A stretch of 64,000 bases of DNA. Origin: Rhizodiscina lignyota. Its lineage: Eukaryota. This document shows positions 13,743 through 27,081 of this stretch, piece by piece. The position numbers were made by a program, and so were the translations under genes. Where the stretch lies: positions 496,001-560,000 of the forward strand of contig ML978125.1 in NCBI GenBank assembly GCA_010015805.1, in the 5' to 3' direction. Under the pieces are notes generated by a model, which was not told where the DNA came from, did not search any database, and saw only the letters and a list, made by a program, of their open reading frames with translations. Positions within the stretch are counted from its first letter, which is position 1. Each line of letters starts with the position of its first letter.

Positions 13743-14052
13743 CGAGTATTCATATTCGTCGTCCTAATAATGCGACGTCGTTAGTATCAATACCATTCTG
13801 TTTTTGTATATCTTTGAATTGTTTAAGGCGAATAAGTTTCAGAAGCCCATTTTCTAACCAGCGACGACAAAGCATTTGTCGATACTAAGCCATCATCTTC
13901 CGGCTCTTCCTATCTTTGAAGTTTTCTTGGGTCGAAAATATCTCATCATTGTAGCGCGTGGAATGGAGTTGGATAGGTAGAGAATAATCTTGCACAACTC
14001 ACCTTCTGCCGCGTTATATTCTTCTGTTGTTTAATACGCCATAGCAGTTAGC

Positions 14053-14806
14053 TTACACAGCTGCTCCTGTCTCCATTTCTTCGCCTCGCTCCTTTTCGAT
14101 TGTAGAGGCAGCACCCGCATCACCTTCGGCTGCTAAGTCGGTTGCATCCACACTTGTTTCAATTGTCCGCTTGGTGGCATCGTTTCCCGGCGCGGACTGC
14201 TGCCAATGGCTCGGGTTGTATCCATGCACGAATCGAGTATACGCATCACCGCCAGCCATCCATCCTTTAATGCCGCCTTCAAGGACAAAGACATGGGGTT
14301 CTGGTTGGGATCCTGGGACTTGTGGTCCATCATCAGCAGCGCGTTGAGCGACATATTGGGTGAACCAGCCGGCGCATCGAGTGGCACGACCACCGGATGA
14401 ACCTGGAAGAGAATTATGTTAGCTTCATGATGATTAATTACAATAGGATATTCTAGTAGCTCCACGAACTCAGACGGGCTAATTGATAAGTCGAAGCTGG
14501 AAGCTCAATCGGAAATCTCATACCGCAGTAGAACAACACTCTCGTGATGACGTTGACGCCATCACCTTTGCATAATCTGTACAATGTTCCCATGTTCATA
14601 TAGAAGGATTGAGCGGGAATATTGAGGGAACCTCGGACAGTGCCACCCTCATAGTCATTTCGTCGCAAATCAATCAGGAGCATGCCAGCTTCGAGGACGT
14701 CTCCAAGTGTCTGAAAGAGGCGCAACAGGTTCTCTTTCTTGAATATAGGTGCTGTCTCTGTAGGCTCCGGGAAGGCCGCGTACCAGGGCTGCCCTTCTGA
14801 TGCCAT
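14053..14806 (-). CDS. Cdc25-like rhodanese-fold phosphatase / arsenate reductase (Acr2/Ych1-like), 2 exons
   Basis: Motifs IDLRRNDYEGGTVRGSLNIPAQS and LEGGIKGW. Removing the ~121-nt intron (~14522-14403) creates the CX5R loop FYCGSSGGRATR. Confidence 0.85.
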
Positions 14807-15440
14807 TTTGAGTATATGCACAATTTGTCGTTTGCAATTGGAAATTCTCTTCGTGGAGCCGTTCTGATGAGATGAAGTTAATCTTACGCTAGTCCATTTA
14901 GAGCATTATTACGATGCTTGGCGCCAAGCTTTGTCTCTACTTTCTATCGAAATCGCAATTTGCAAGTCCAAAAACTCACTCCCCTTCGAGCATAGGCAAG
15001 AACGCCTATGAAACGATTAAATTTATGCTTACAGGTCTGTATAGGTATGTAATTTCTCGTATTGATGTCGATTTCTTATTCTTTATCGTACAGAGGCTGC
15101 CATGCTATCACAAAGTGAATCTACCGGAGATCTGTCCCGGGCTACAGCGAGTATGTGATACCCTCCGTTGTCCTCAGACATGGTATCAACCGATCAACGC
15201 TCAGTATTGAGAAGCCATCAATGCTACATGAAATCCAATATGTAACTCAAGGAGAATATGTCGAAGAGTCTTCCACTCCATTTATCACGCATTCTGCAAG
15301 ACAGTGCAGTTTACAGCGAGACCTTTTCGTGCCTACGCCATTGCCGATATCAGTATTGGAAGGAGTTGTTCAATCTTCCAGTTTCATATCCCTGAAAGTA
15401 GTCTACAACATAACCTGCCCAAGGGCCTCCGGGAGAAGTA

Positions 15441-16058
15441 TCAGGCCTTCCGATGTACTGGATATTCCATGGTTGACCTTGCGGATGACCTGCTAGATGA
15501 ACTTGCGGATGGACTGATGGATGAACTTGCGGAAGGCCTGCTGGATGAACTTGCGGAAGGCCTCCTGGGCTTGCGGGATGACTCAAATCCGAAGACAGGG
15601 TCTCCAGCTCTAGCCTGTGCCACAAGCTGTTGCGAACGGAAGGAGCGGTGAACGTCATTACATCTTTCATATTTCCGGGTATTCTGATTCCAGGCTTTGT
15701 TCGGGTAGAGTCTTCCAAGCTTGTCCACATAAGCAGACCCGAGCGGAGCACCGTTACGGTCGAACCACTGCAACGACAGAACAGTGTCTTGCTCCGGGGT
15801 AGTTACTGATTGGTGTGGCTTGCCTTTAAGTTTGACGGACTTTACGTTTCGGTTCTGTCAGAATTAATCAGTTCCCGTTAAGTCGACATCTGCGCCTCTG
15901 CATACAATGTGCTTCATATCCACCTTTCTCTTCTCAAGTATTTCTTTCCATGTATCGGGAAGATTGTTGTAAGTCTCTCGACTTTCCTCCAAGATGTCGA
16001 CAGAGGAGACGGTCGAGCTGTCGGAGCTATAGCCGAGAGAGGAACGGCGACTATCCAT
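15441..16058 (-). CDS. Hypothetical ~188-aa protein (exons 16058-15906, 15854-15441) with a Ser/Arg-rich repeat tail
   Basis: A 51-nt GTATGC...CTGAT...CAG intron (15905-15855) joins two otherwise separate ORFs in frame. No family recognised. Confidence 0.55.
15472..15567. repeat. Four imperfect tandem copies of a 24-nt unit (GATGAACTTGCGGAAGGCCTGCTG)
   Basis: Units start at 15472, 15496, 15520 and 15544. Confidence 0.9.
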
Positions 16059-16669
16059 TGCAATACTTTCAGGACAACCTCAGTCTTCGGAACTTCTCGA
16101 TTATCTTCCTTCCTATGAAGCGAGTAATAAATAATCACGCAGAAAGCCATCGCAGCGCACGTCAAGTGCAATTTATATGCGTCAGTTGCACTCGCTCGCT
16201 GCCTTGCGCCATGGAGAAAGGTTGTACAGAGAGATGATTCCTCCACGAGTTCTCGTAGCAGACTTCCATTTCATTCTGTATGACAGGGTTTGGGCGAGTA
16301 ATAGTCGAATTCATACTTTCAAACCGTTAGTCTGTCATGGTAGCAGGTCAGAACCCAAGTCCCACAGCTTACGCCGTCGTCATATGTGTGACGAGCGGTA
16401 ACTCAGTGCTTCTAATTTGAGAGACCTGTCTCTGATAGCTCATAACCGGCCAAACCAGCACATGGCTATTCTTTCGCAAAAAGTCTTGGGGCGCGTAAGG
16501 TCTCGTGTGACATCAGGCTCGCTCGCCGCACCAGCAAACATTCTGGCCGCTTCATAGGTACAACATCACGGGGTTTATTTAAGATCGCGAATATTTCAAC
16601 TCTTTCCGTAATTTGCAGTCATACAAACTTCCTTCCGCCACTCACGAACCTTTACGACTCCATTTGACG

Positions 16670-17968
16670 ATGACGACCTCTCGCGAGCGCTCCCCGATCA
16701 GGTCCCCTCCAACTGTGGAGTTCCCTGTTGTATCGAGCCCCCTGTTCATGGAGGAAGAGGAGTATCCATGGTACGACCCAGATACGTGGTATCCAGTTCA
16801 TATAGGCGCGGTGTTTAAGAGCAGATATCAGGTACTAGTAAAGCTGGGATATGGATCAGCATCAACAGCTTGGCTTTGTCGCGACTTGGAGGGCCATTGC
16901 TACATGACATTGAAAGTGTTTGAGCAGAAGAGCGCTCAGGCGGCAACGGAAAAGGCTGTCTATGCGCACTTGGAGACAGTGCGTAGTCACCATCCTGGGC
17001 AACAATACGTTCGGAAACTAAAGGACTCGTTCGAGCTGCCCTGGAAAGAAGGCATGAACCAATGCCTTGTCTTTGACGCGCTTGCGGCCAACGTCAAAGA
17101 CGTGCGAGAAAGAACTACCAACAATCGACTACCGAAGAGCTTTACTATCGGTGTCATATACGCCGTCCTCCAGGCTCTAGATTTTCTGCACACCAGAGCA
17201 CACGTCATACATACCGACCTCACGGATGGAAATGTCATGCTCTCGACGCCGGAGGAGTCGTACTTTGATGCCATTGTTGAGGAAGAATGGAGCGACCCGA
17301 TGCCGCGTAAACTGGAAGGTGATCGCGTCGTCTACCACCACAGAGCAGTCGACATACCATCCAACCCGGGACCGCCAATTCTGTGCGATTTCGGACAGGC
17401 AATTGTGGGGAGTGGAGAGCACAGGCGAATTGCCTTGCCAGACTTATATCGGTCACCAGAGATGGTATTGGGCATTCCCTGGAAAGAGAAGATCGACATT
17501 TGGGCTGTTGGATGCATGGTAAGGCTCCGTGGGTAGTATGATGGACATGCCTCGGCTAACAGTACGTAGTTCTGGGACTTGTTCGAAGGGAAACACTTGT
17601 TCATACACATGCGAGGTGCATTGGATGAAGAGGGATTCGGCGAAAATGACGGGGACCATCTGGCCAGAATCATTGCACTGCTGGGCGTCCCACCGGGGGG
17701 TCTTCTTGATCGCGCAGTGGTACCGGACAGGTATTTCGACAATGATCCCGATGGTAATTTCTGGTTCTGCGGCGACATTCCGCACGTATCTCTCGAGGGC
17801 GAGGAAGATGTGCTCCAGGGTGAAGAGAAAGCAAGCTTCTTGCGCTTTATCAGTCGATGTCTCCAGTGGCGACCAGAAGACAGAAGCTCTGCAGCAGAGC
17901 TGGTGCGCGACCCATTGATCGCTATGGTGTTTGGGAAACCGACGAGCGAGGCGAAGGCGGAGCACTAA
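16670..17968 (+). CDS. SRPK/Sky1-like Ser/Thr protein kinase of the fungal-expanded type (intron 17519-17569)
   Basis: Motifs RYQVLVKLGYGSASTAWLCRD, IHTDL, LCDFG, YRSPEMVLG, IDIWAVGC, HLARIIALLG, LQWRPEDR. Confidence 0.88.
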
Positions 17969-18929
17969 AACAGGTTTCTTAAGAACAATTGGCAGCGACC
18001 TCTACATCGATCCAAGCAGTGTCGGCAATCCAATCTTTGGAGAATCAATGCATTGTTGGCGTTCGCCCCTCCGTCGATGTAGTTGAGTGGATTCTTCTAT
18101 GTTGCGGCGAAGTCTAGAGAGGGTTTACATACATTGCAAAGTAGATTGATACCTGATTCTACTCATCCACGGCGGCAAACAACGGAAGGGATTTTATATT
18201 GATGAAGAATTCCAAGAACATGTTCATTCAATAAGGACTCCTGGATCGTTAAACGAACCAGAAATACGTATTTGAGAGATAGATGCAACGATTTTCTTCC
18301 CCTATGCTCACCACCATGGCACCACCATCCCCTGCCGGGGTGGCGATGGCAACGGCGACGGCGACAGGCAACGTACCTAGACCGCTGTAGGAGCCGCAGC
18401 TCACAGCCCCCTAAAATTAGGCAGGTGGCGGCTGGCGCCCTGCAGCGGGGAGATCAATCCAGGGGCCAAACCAATGGGCGAACCGCCATTGTGGTTGGAG
18501 AGAGGACACGTTTGTGACGTCCTTGGCTGGTCAGATTTCAAAGCCGCAAACCCTCACGCGATTGAAACTTCCGGCTTATTTGAAGACAACCTACCCACTT
18601 TGTTTCTTTTGATTACCTTCACTGTAAATATACCACACCAACACTGCGGGGAAAGAACGCGCGCGACATCAGACTTTGTAATGGTCACCCCAAATTACTG
18701 ATCCAGAATCCATCCATTCGCCATTCCCTCTTTCAATCTCCGCACCGGCCGCAACGGTGTGTCAATAATCGTCGAGTGGCCTCTTTGAGACGCGAAACGT
18801 TTCCATACAAACATAAGGGTAAGGTTTGTTTCCACGTTTCTTTGTACTCTCAGCAATTCCATTATCCACCTTTGCCACCGATAGGGACAATCGGCGCTGA
18901 CATTTGGTCCCAGTAAACTGTGCACCACA

Positions 18930-20908
18930 ATGCGCAAAGCAGAGAGACTTTTCTATCTCGCGGTCTTCGCGCTGCTAGGCTCAGCCCATGCAGAGTCAAG
19001 TGATAGCGCTCCTACCGCTTCAAAGAACAATGGACCAAATGTCTGCGCCGTAAGTTCTTCGTGTCCTCCCGAGCTGTCCATTCGCTATGTGCCTAACCGA
19101 ACATTTGCGCAGTATGAACCTGGCGCTATCGTCTCCGATGCATGTGCTTCTTATTCGACCCTCGACGACCTGAATGCCGATCTCCGACCTTATATCGATT
19201 CCCTCACCCAAAAGACCGACTTCTTCTCATACTACCGTCTCAACCTCTACAACAAGAAATGTCCGTTCTGGTCGGACGATAATGATATGTGCGGAAACAT
19301 TGCATGTGCTGTGAACACATTAGAGAATGAGGAGGATATACCTCTTGTATGGCGAGCGAAGGAGCTTGGCAAGCTGCAAGGGCCAAAGGCGCAACATCCG
19401 GGCAGGAAAATTCAGGCGGAGCGTCCATCAAAACCATTACAGGGAGAATTAGGCGCAGATGTGGGTGAAAGCTGCGTGGTAGAGTACGATGACGAGTGTG
19501 ACGAGAGAGACTACTGCGTTCCAGAGGATGAGAGCGCATCTGCAAAGGGCGATTATGTGAGCCTCGTGGATAATCCGGAGCGGTACACAGGTTATATGGG
19601 TGTTAGTGCACAACAGGTTTGGGAAGCAATTTACCGCGAGAACTGCTTCTCCACCCCACAGGATCCATTCTCAGACACCGCATCTGAGGCAGCAAAGCAA
19701 GGCTCTTTCGGCCCATCTTCGCCGTCTGGCTTTAGCAATCCACAGCAGCTCCACGCCGCACAGGATCTACGAGGTGTCATCAAGCAACACGGATTGCAGC
19801 AGGGCATGCAACAAGCTATCGCAAGGGGCACGCCTACTCGACCTCTGGACGATGGACTTGAATTTGAGGACTCTTGCATGGAGAAGCGCGTATTTTACCG
19901 CGTAGTAAGCGGTATGCATACATCTATCTCCGCCCACATTTGCAACGAGTACCTCAATCGCACCACTGGAGAATGGGTTCCGAATCTCCAATGCTACGTC
20001 AACCGCCTGCATACCCATCCCGAGCGCATCTCGAATTTGTACTTCAACTACGCGCTTTTGCTTCGCGCCGCTGGAAAGCTGCGAGATCTTGTCCCAAAGT
20101 ACACATTTTGCTCAGCAGATCCGAAGCAGGATGCGTATACCAAAGAGCTCGTTGTTCGCCTGGCGCAAGCAATACCCCCAGGGTCCGAGATTTTCGATGA
20201 AAGCGTCATGTTCAACGGCAATGGCGCACTTGGCCTGAAGGAGGATTTCCGTAATCGCTTCCGAAACATCAGCCGTATCATGGATTGCGTCGGATGTGAC
20301 AAGTGCAGGCTATGGGGTAAACTCCAGACAGCTGGCTACGGTACAGCGCTGAAGATCTTGTTTGAATTCGATGAGAAGAACCCATCCAACAACCCGCCGC
20401 TCAGGAGGCATGAGCTTGTCGCCTTGGTTAATACGCTGGGTCGTGTTAGCAACTCTCTCAACGCCGTCAAGAACTTCAGAGACATACTTGCGGAGCAGGA
20501 GCATGCGAAAACTGTCTCTAGAAAGGAGAACAGCAAGCATGGTACGAGCCAAGCAAAGAATATCCCATCTTCCAACGACTCTGACGAGGCGGAAGTAGAT
20601 GACATTGAAGAGAACGACGGCCCGCCAAGGAGAAGGCCTGGCAAACCGGCCGAGACTGTGACGGAGATTTTCTGGGAGGAATTCGATCTCGTCTGGAGAA
20701 CATTCAAATATGTCCTTAGAAGCTGGGTTGAAATGCCCGTTAAACTGTAAGTCACTGATTCTAATAGTGGAGATATGTGTGCTAACAGTGTTGGAACAGC
20801 TGGAGGATTTTAATCATCGAACTGAGCAGGCTATGGGAATACTGGTTGGGCTTGCCGGTCAAGCCAAGGAGCTGGAAGATACACATCCCACAGCTAGACG
20901 AATTGTAG
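18930..20908 (+). CDS. ERO1: ER oxidoreductin 1 (introns 19050-19112 and ~20748-20799)
   Basis: Signal peptide; motifs CPFW...CGNIAC, NPERYTGY, SGMHTSIS and active site MDCVGCDKCRLWGK. The spliced C-terminus ends in LDEL, an ER-retrieval-like signal. Confidence 0.95.
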
Positions 20909-21492
20909 AAATGACGTATGGAACATTTGGAGATGGCTTGCAAGATTTGCGGTGCATTTTGGCGTTGAGAGGCTACATGGGTGGAGCATCTTGCATATCT
21001 CGGCGCAGTTTTGGAGATTTATAGGCTCTCCTCAGAGTCCGACTAGAGTTGACCAATACAATACCCTCTAGCCTATTTGACATAGACCAATCCTCAGTCC
21101 ACTTTCATAAGTCCATTATCACCAATTTTAAGGAAGCTCGTGTGAAATCCAGGGGCGTAAAGGGGCAGACGGCGGACTCCGGACTCGACGCCAAGACTTC
21201 CGCTCCGCACACCACTGAGCTCGAGCCTCAGGCCTGAGGTTTGACTCAAGCGTGAAGAGTCAGATGCCGTGGAACATTTAATTTGACCACTTCGCAGGCA
21301 CATCCAATCGCTCTTTATCCATTTACTTGAAGCCCGTAAGCTTTCTGCAAATTTGCGCAACCACTGGCAAATCACCAGTGACACATTTTCAAAATTCATG
21401 TCCCACGGTGGACAGACACCACGATTCTGCGACGAGCGCTTTTTCTGCGCATTCAAGCTCCTAGAGCTCTCAAATACAAACAGTTTCACAAG

Positions 21493-24400
21493 ATGGCGCT
21501 AAATGCAGCTTCGCATAACATCAGTAATTATTTCCAAACCTCAAGTCTCTTTTTTACAGCTACTAACTTCCAGCAGCGGGTGAGAAAACAGGTCCTGTCT
21601 CCGGCCAACCTCCTTCCATCTCTTCTGAAGCGAAATCTGCCCTCATAGACTCATCGAACAAGGACGCTATGGGGCAAAGTGCGCCTGGTCAAGACGGCGG
21701 CGATAAAGAGGCGCCGAAGAAGGAGAAGACGGCGAAAGAGTTGGAGAGGGAGCGCGCAAAGGCTGAGAAGGCGAAGAAGTTTGCGGAGAAGAAGGCCAAG
21801 CAAGAGGCTGCGGCGAAGGCGGCACCCGCACCCAAAAAGGAGAAGAAGAAAGAAGAGGCGAAAGAGGAGTTGCCAGAGTATGTTGAGAAGACGAAGGCGG
21901 GAGAGAAGAAGATACTGGACTCGCTCGACGATGTCTTCCATAAGGCGTACATCCCTCGCGTCGTTGAGTCGGCGTGGGGAGAGTGGTGGGAGAAAGAAGG
22001 CTTCTTCCAACCTGAATTCGACGAGAATGGCAACGTCAAGGAGCCTGGCAAGTTCGTGATCGTCGTCCCACCTCCGAATGTCACCGGCGCGTTACACTGC
22101 GGTCACGCGATCGCGACCTCTCTCCAAGATGCACTCATAAGATGGCACCGAATGCGAGGATTTACTACACTGTACGTTCCTGGATGCGATCATGCTGGTA
22201 TTGCCACACAGACCGTCGTCGAGAACATGTTGTGGAGAAGAGAGCAGAAGACAAGGCATGACCTCGGCCGACCAGCATTTACCGAGCGCGTTTGGCAATG
22301 GAAGGGCGAATATCATGAGAAGATCAACAAGGTCTTGAGAAGGATGGGAGGATCTTACGATTGGACGAGAGAAGCGTTCACGATGGACGACAATCTATCA
22401 GCTGCCGTTACAGAGACCTTTGTCCAACTGCACGAGGAAGGTTATATCTACCGCGAGAATCGTCTTGTCAATTGGTGTACGAAGCTTAATACCGCGCTCT
22501 CCAACCTCGAGGTCGACAACAAGGAAATTGAGGGTCGCACACTTCTAGACGTCCCCAATTACGATCGGAAGGTCGAGTTCGGTGTGTTGACACACTTTAA
22601 ATACCCCATTGAAGGCTCGGACGAATCGATTGTCGTTGCAACCACACGTCCAGAGACTATGCTCGGTGATACTGGCATCGCTGTTCACCCGAAGGATGAC
22701 CGATATAAGCATCTCGTTGGCAGAAACGCAAAACATCCGTTCGTTGATCGATTACTACCCATCATTGCCGATGAATACGTCGAAATGGACTTTGGTACTG
22801 GTGCTGTGAAACTCACGCCAGCTCACGATCCCAACGATTTTACGCTTGGCAAGAAACATAACCTCGCATTCATCAACATTCTCAATGACGACGGAACAAT
22901 GAATGGGAATACTGGCAAGTTCGAAGGGTCAAAGCGGTTCGATGCTAGATACACTGTCGTCGCCGCCCTCACTGAGCTGGGCCTGTTTGTCAAAAAAGAA
23001 GACAACCCCATGAAGATTCCGCTGTGTTCAAGGTCCAAAGACGTTATTGAACCTATCATGAAGCCCCAGTGGTGGATGAAGATGGGCGAACTCAACGAAG
23101 AGGCCATGCGTGTTGTCAAAGAAGGCCAAATCAAAATACGACCGGAGAGCGCGGAGAAGAATTACTTCCGGTGGCTCGAGAGCGACGTTCCCTGGTGCTT
23201 GTCACGACAGCTTTGGTGGGGCCATCAGTGTCCGGCGTATCTCGTCCAAATTGGAGGAGAGAAGACGAATCCAGATCTCAACGAGTCGTGGGTCACAGGC
23301 AGGACAGAAGAGGAGGCGCAGCAGAAAGCGGAGAAGAAGTTCCCTGGCAAGAAGTTCACACTCAAGCGAGACCCTGACGTCTTGGATACTTGGTTCTCTT
23401 CTGGTCTCTGGCCCTTCTCTACTCTTGGCTGGCCGAAGCAGACCCCTGATTTCGAGAAGCTTTTCCCTACGTCCGTCCTCGAAACTGGATGGGATATTCT
23501 CTTCTTCTGGGTCGCACGAATGATCCTTCTCAGTGTTAAGCTGACAGGCAAAGTTCCATTTACCGAAGTCTTCTGCCACAGTCTCATTCGTGATTCTGAG
23601 GGAAGGAAGATGTCGAAGTCATTGGGTAATGTCATCGATCCCGTTGATGTCATGGACGGTATCACCCTGCAGGCTCTCCATGACAAGTTGCTTAGCGGCA
23701 ACTTGGACCCGAAGGAACTAGGTACTGCGACGAAGTATCAGAAGACCAACTTCCCTCAGGGTATTCCAGAGTGTGGTGCTGACGCTCTTCGCTTCTCGCT
23801 CATCCAGTACACGACTGGCGGAGGCGACATCAACTTCGACGTCAAAGTCATGCACGGCTATAGGCGATTCTGTAACAAAATCTACCAGGCGACGAAATAC
23901 GTGCTCGGCAAACTCGGCGAACTCAAAGACTTCACGCCACGACCGAAGGCGGGCAAGACGGGCAAGGAGTCGTTAGCAGAGAGATGGATCCTTCACAAAC
24001 TCACCATCGCAAGCAGAGATGTCAACAAGGCACTGACAGAGAGAGAATTTTCGAGGTCTACGCAGATAATTTACGATTATTGGTATAAGAATCTTTGCGA
24101 CGTGTACATTGTAAGTCTATGTGGTGCTGCGGCTGGAATGGCGCTGACTAGTGCAGGAAAACTCAAAAGCGATTATTCAAGAGGGATCTGAAGAGGAACG
24201 CCGATCGGCTGTTGACACGCTGTACACTGCTCTCGAGGGCGGCCTGACGATGATGCATCCATTCATGCCATTCTTGACAGAGGAGATGTGGCAGCGATTG
24301 CCGAGGAGACCGGGCGACTCGACGCCTTCCATTGTTCTTGCATCATATCCGCAATATGATAAGGAACTGGAAGATCCCGCATCGGATGAAGCGTACGAGC

Positions 24401-24930
24401 TGCTGTTAGGTTGCTCAAGGGGTATCCGATCGCTAATCTCCGAATACCGAATCATGGATGAAGGAAAAGGTAATGTTCACTCTTGCTGTATGCCACGGCA
24501 ACTGTACTCACACCCACAAGCCTTCGTCCACTGTCTCACCCCAACCGCATACGACACCGCGAAGACCCAACCTCAATCTATCCGCTCCCTCTCCGGCAAG
24601 GGGCTTTCGAATCTATCAATCCTCTCACCCTCCGACCCAACCCCCACCGGCTGCGCCGTCTTCGTCGTCTCCGCCGACGCCGCGATCTTCCTCGATGTTA
24701 AGGGCCGTGTCGACGTTAATACTGAGATCTCGAAGCTGCAGGGCAAGCTCAAGAAAGCGAACGATGCGGTCACTAAGCAGAAGAAGATCACTGATTCGGA
24801 GGACTTCAAAGCGAATGCGAGCGAGGCGGTCATGGAGGAGGAGCGTAGGAAGGTGGCGGACTTGGAGACGGAGATCAGGAACTTTGAGAGCACGATTGGA
24901 CAGTTTGAGAGATTGAAGTTGGAAGCTTAG
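21493..24930 (+). CDS. VAS1: Valyl-tRNA synthetase (4 exons)
   Basis: Motifs [13 protein letters not shown] (HIGH-like), [58 protein letters not shown]. Introns 21524-21573/21576, ~24111-24156 and 24470-24520. Confidence 0.96.
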
Positions 24931-25756
24931 GGGGTTCATCGAGTAGAACCCGAACGATTTCGGTATGTACGCTAGTCTACAGTGGAGGGGCGGGAAGAGT
25001 AGACTAACATAGTGGGAGGTTGATGAGCATGGAAGCGCCATGTAGGACTTTATGAAACTTGACGAGCTGGAAGGGACTTTGGCGTGAATGGACTGATGCG
25101 CGTTCGGCTTGCGATTCGTGTACCATAGACGGCTGGCTTTAGCTTGGGCTCTGTTTCAGGGGAAGGGGATAGAAGTTGAGAAGAGCGGAGCACTTAGAGC
25201 AACGAATGTTTGCTGTTATTTCCAGAACGGGGAAGTATGGTTGAGTGTGGGGATGTACTGCAGCGTCTGTCTTGGAATCCAGAATCTAAAGGATGATGTG
25301 AATCTATAATGTGACAAGCCTGACGCTAAAAGCTGTCAAGCTAAGGGACCATAGATACCGATGAAAGCCCGCAAAAGAGGTGCTGATCACCCATGCTTAG
25401 CGGGTTGAGTATGAATTGTGAGAATCGCCGCCTCATTGAACCTGACCTTGTGGTTCCTGCTTTTCACACGGCGACAACCTAGACAAATCGCTCTTCGCAA
25501 GACTTGTGCTATCGGCCTGCAAGATCAAATGCACTTGCAGAACCGTCGATCCTGTTCCTTTGACTCATAATCGTTTTCGTATTGTAAAGGTTTTCCGCTT
25601 CGACGCCGCTGACGCGGGTCACGCGCGTTGTCTCTTTTCATGTTCGAAAATGCCGCATATCCATAGATTTAGATATTCGCTTTTTTCCCTGGCGCGTCCC
25701 TTTCTTTTCTTTTTTTTCTTTCCCTTCTACTCGTTAGAGAGGGCTACAGTACACCA

Positions 25757-26332
25757 ATGGCTGCAGTCAGAGAATTCAAACTCACCTCGTCAGGATTGAA
25801 GCATAATATCATTCAACTCTACGATCCAGTATTCTCCGAACCTATTTATACCTGCGATGTTCCAAAGTTCAATGGTATGGCTACTTTACACCAAGGCGCC
25901 TCGAAGAATGGAGACATTGTTGGAGCATGCAGAAATACTAAACTTGGGGGAGACGTCAAATTCATCGTCTATCACCCAAGCACGACAGGCGTATCATGGA
26001 TTGATATGAAGAATGAATCACGACTCACCAAAGCAAACCACTTCACATTCGAGCCGGAAAGCCCTTCTGGGGAGCTTAGAAGGTTGCAGTGGAGAGGCAC
26101 TCACGATGTCCCGGGACCGTCACGTATAGACATTGCTCATCTCAAACTGGTCGATACAGCCACAAATGAAGTCGTTGCGCGATACATTCACAAACCGATA
26201 TGCTGGTGGGTGATGGAAGGCACTTTCGAGATGCATGAGGATCTTGATGCAGAGTGGGATCTGAAAGTCTTCCTGAGCTGCCTTGCGGTTTTGAAATACA
26301 TCAGCCTGGTATGGTCTTGTAATGTACTCTGA
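25757..26332 (+). CDS. Hypothetical fungal protein (tubby-C/LURP-one-like architecture by impression); 3' end uncertain because of a possible intron at 26309
   Basis: 191-aa ORF with a clean ATG; QWRGTH...LKLVD...VVARY followed by a terminal hydrophobic helix. Family call is tentative. Confidence 0.6.
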   Translation: MAAVREFKLTSSGLKHNIIQLYDPVFSEPIYTCDVPKFNGMATLHQGASKNGDIVGACRNTKLGGDVKFIVYHPSTTGVSWIDMKNESRLTKANHFTFEPESPSGELRRLQWRGTHDVPGPSRIDIAHLKLVDTATNEVVARYIHKPICWWVMEGTFEMHEDLDAEWDLKVFLSCLAVLKYISLVWSCNVL

Positions 26333-27081
26333 TAATTCGAACTCTCTGCAATTCCCTTCCCTTGACTACATTCAGCATGCAGCCTGGAGCATAGAGCTGC
26401 CGCGAAAAGGACAGTCGATATGCGCTGAAAATGTACAAGCGTGTGTCAGTCAGACAGCACTACTTATCATAAGCCGTTCGCTCTCGATCTTCCTATGATT
26501 GTATACGAAGGCCCATACACGAAGAACTTGGTCCATATCTTTTAATTTCACTAAGTGGAAGGAGCCTCATTTCCCACTTGATCCGTGATGTATCGACAAG
26601 TCGAGTCAGAGCAGAAGCCACCTCAAAGCCACCTCCAACATTGAATTGCTTTGCTGATGTTGGTAGTCAGCTCTACCACCTTAGCGCGATCTTGACATTA
26701 CAACAGACGCGCTCATCTCGAGCACAAGCCAGAACTCGAGTTTATATTTGGAATCATAAAGAGATCCCTTAAGGGGCATGTTGCGAGCCAGGGAGCCGCT
26801 GAGGCTGGATGCTGGCAAAATAGTTCTTCCAGCCGAAATCCACCGTCCGCGGGCTGACGTATCGTAACGGGCCGACGTCGCCCAAACTGGGCAGTGCATG
26901 GCACCCACGAAGCGAGCAGCTTGAGAGCTTCTGCTGAACTTCTACCTCGAACGTGGCTGCTAATACACGCCACGTCTTTAAACACTTCATCTTCTCTCCT
27001 TGACTCTGGTCAATTTCACTCCGCCTACAGAGACCTCTTCTTGCGAGCACACAGCGATCCTCCGCCAGCTCCGCGTTAGCT

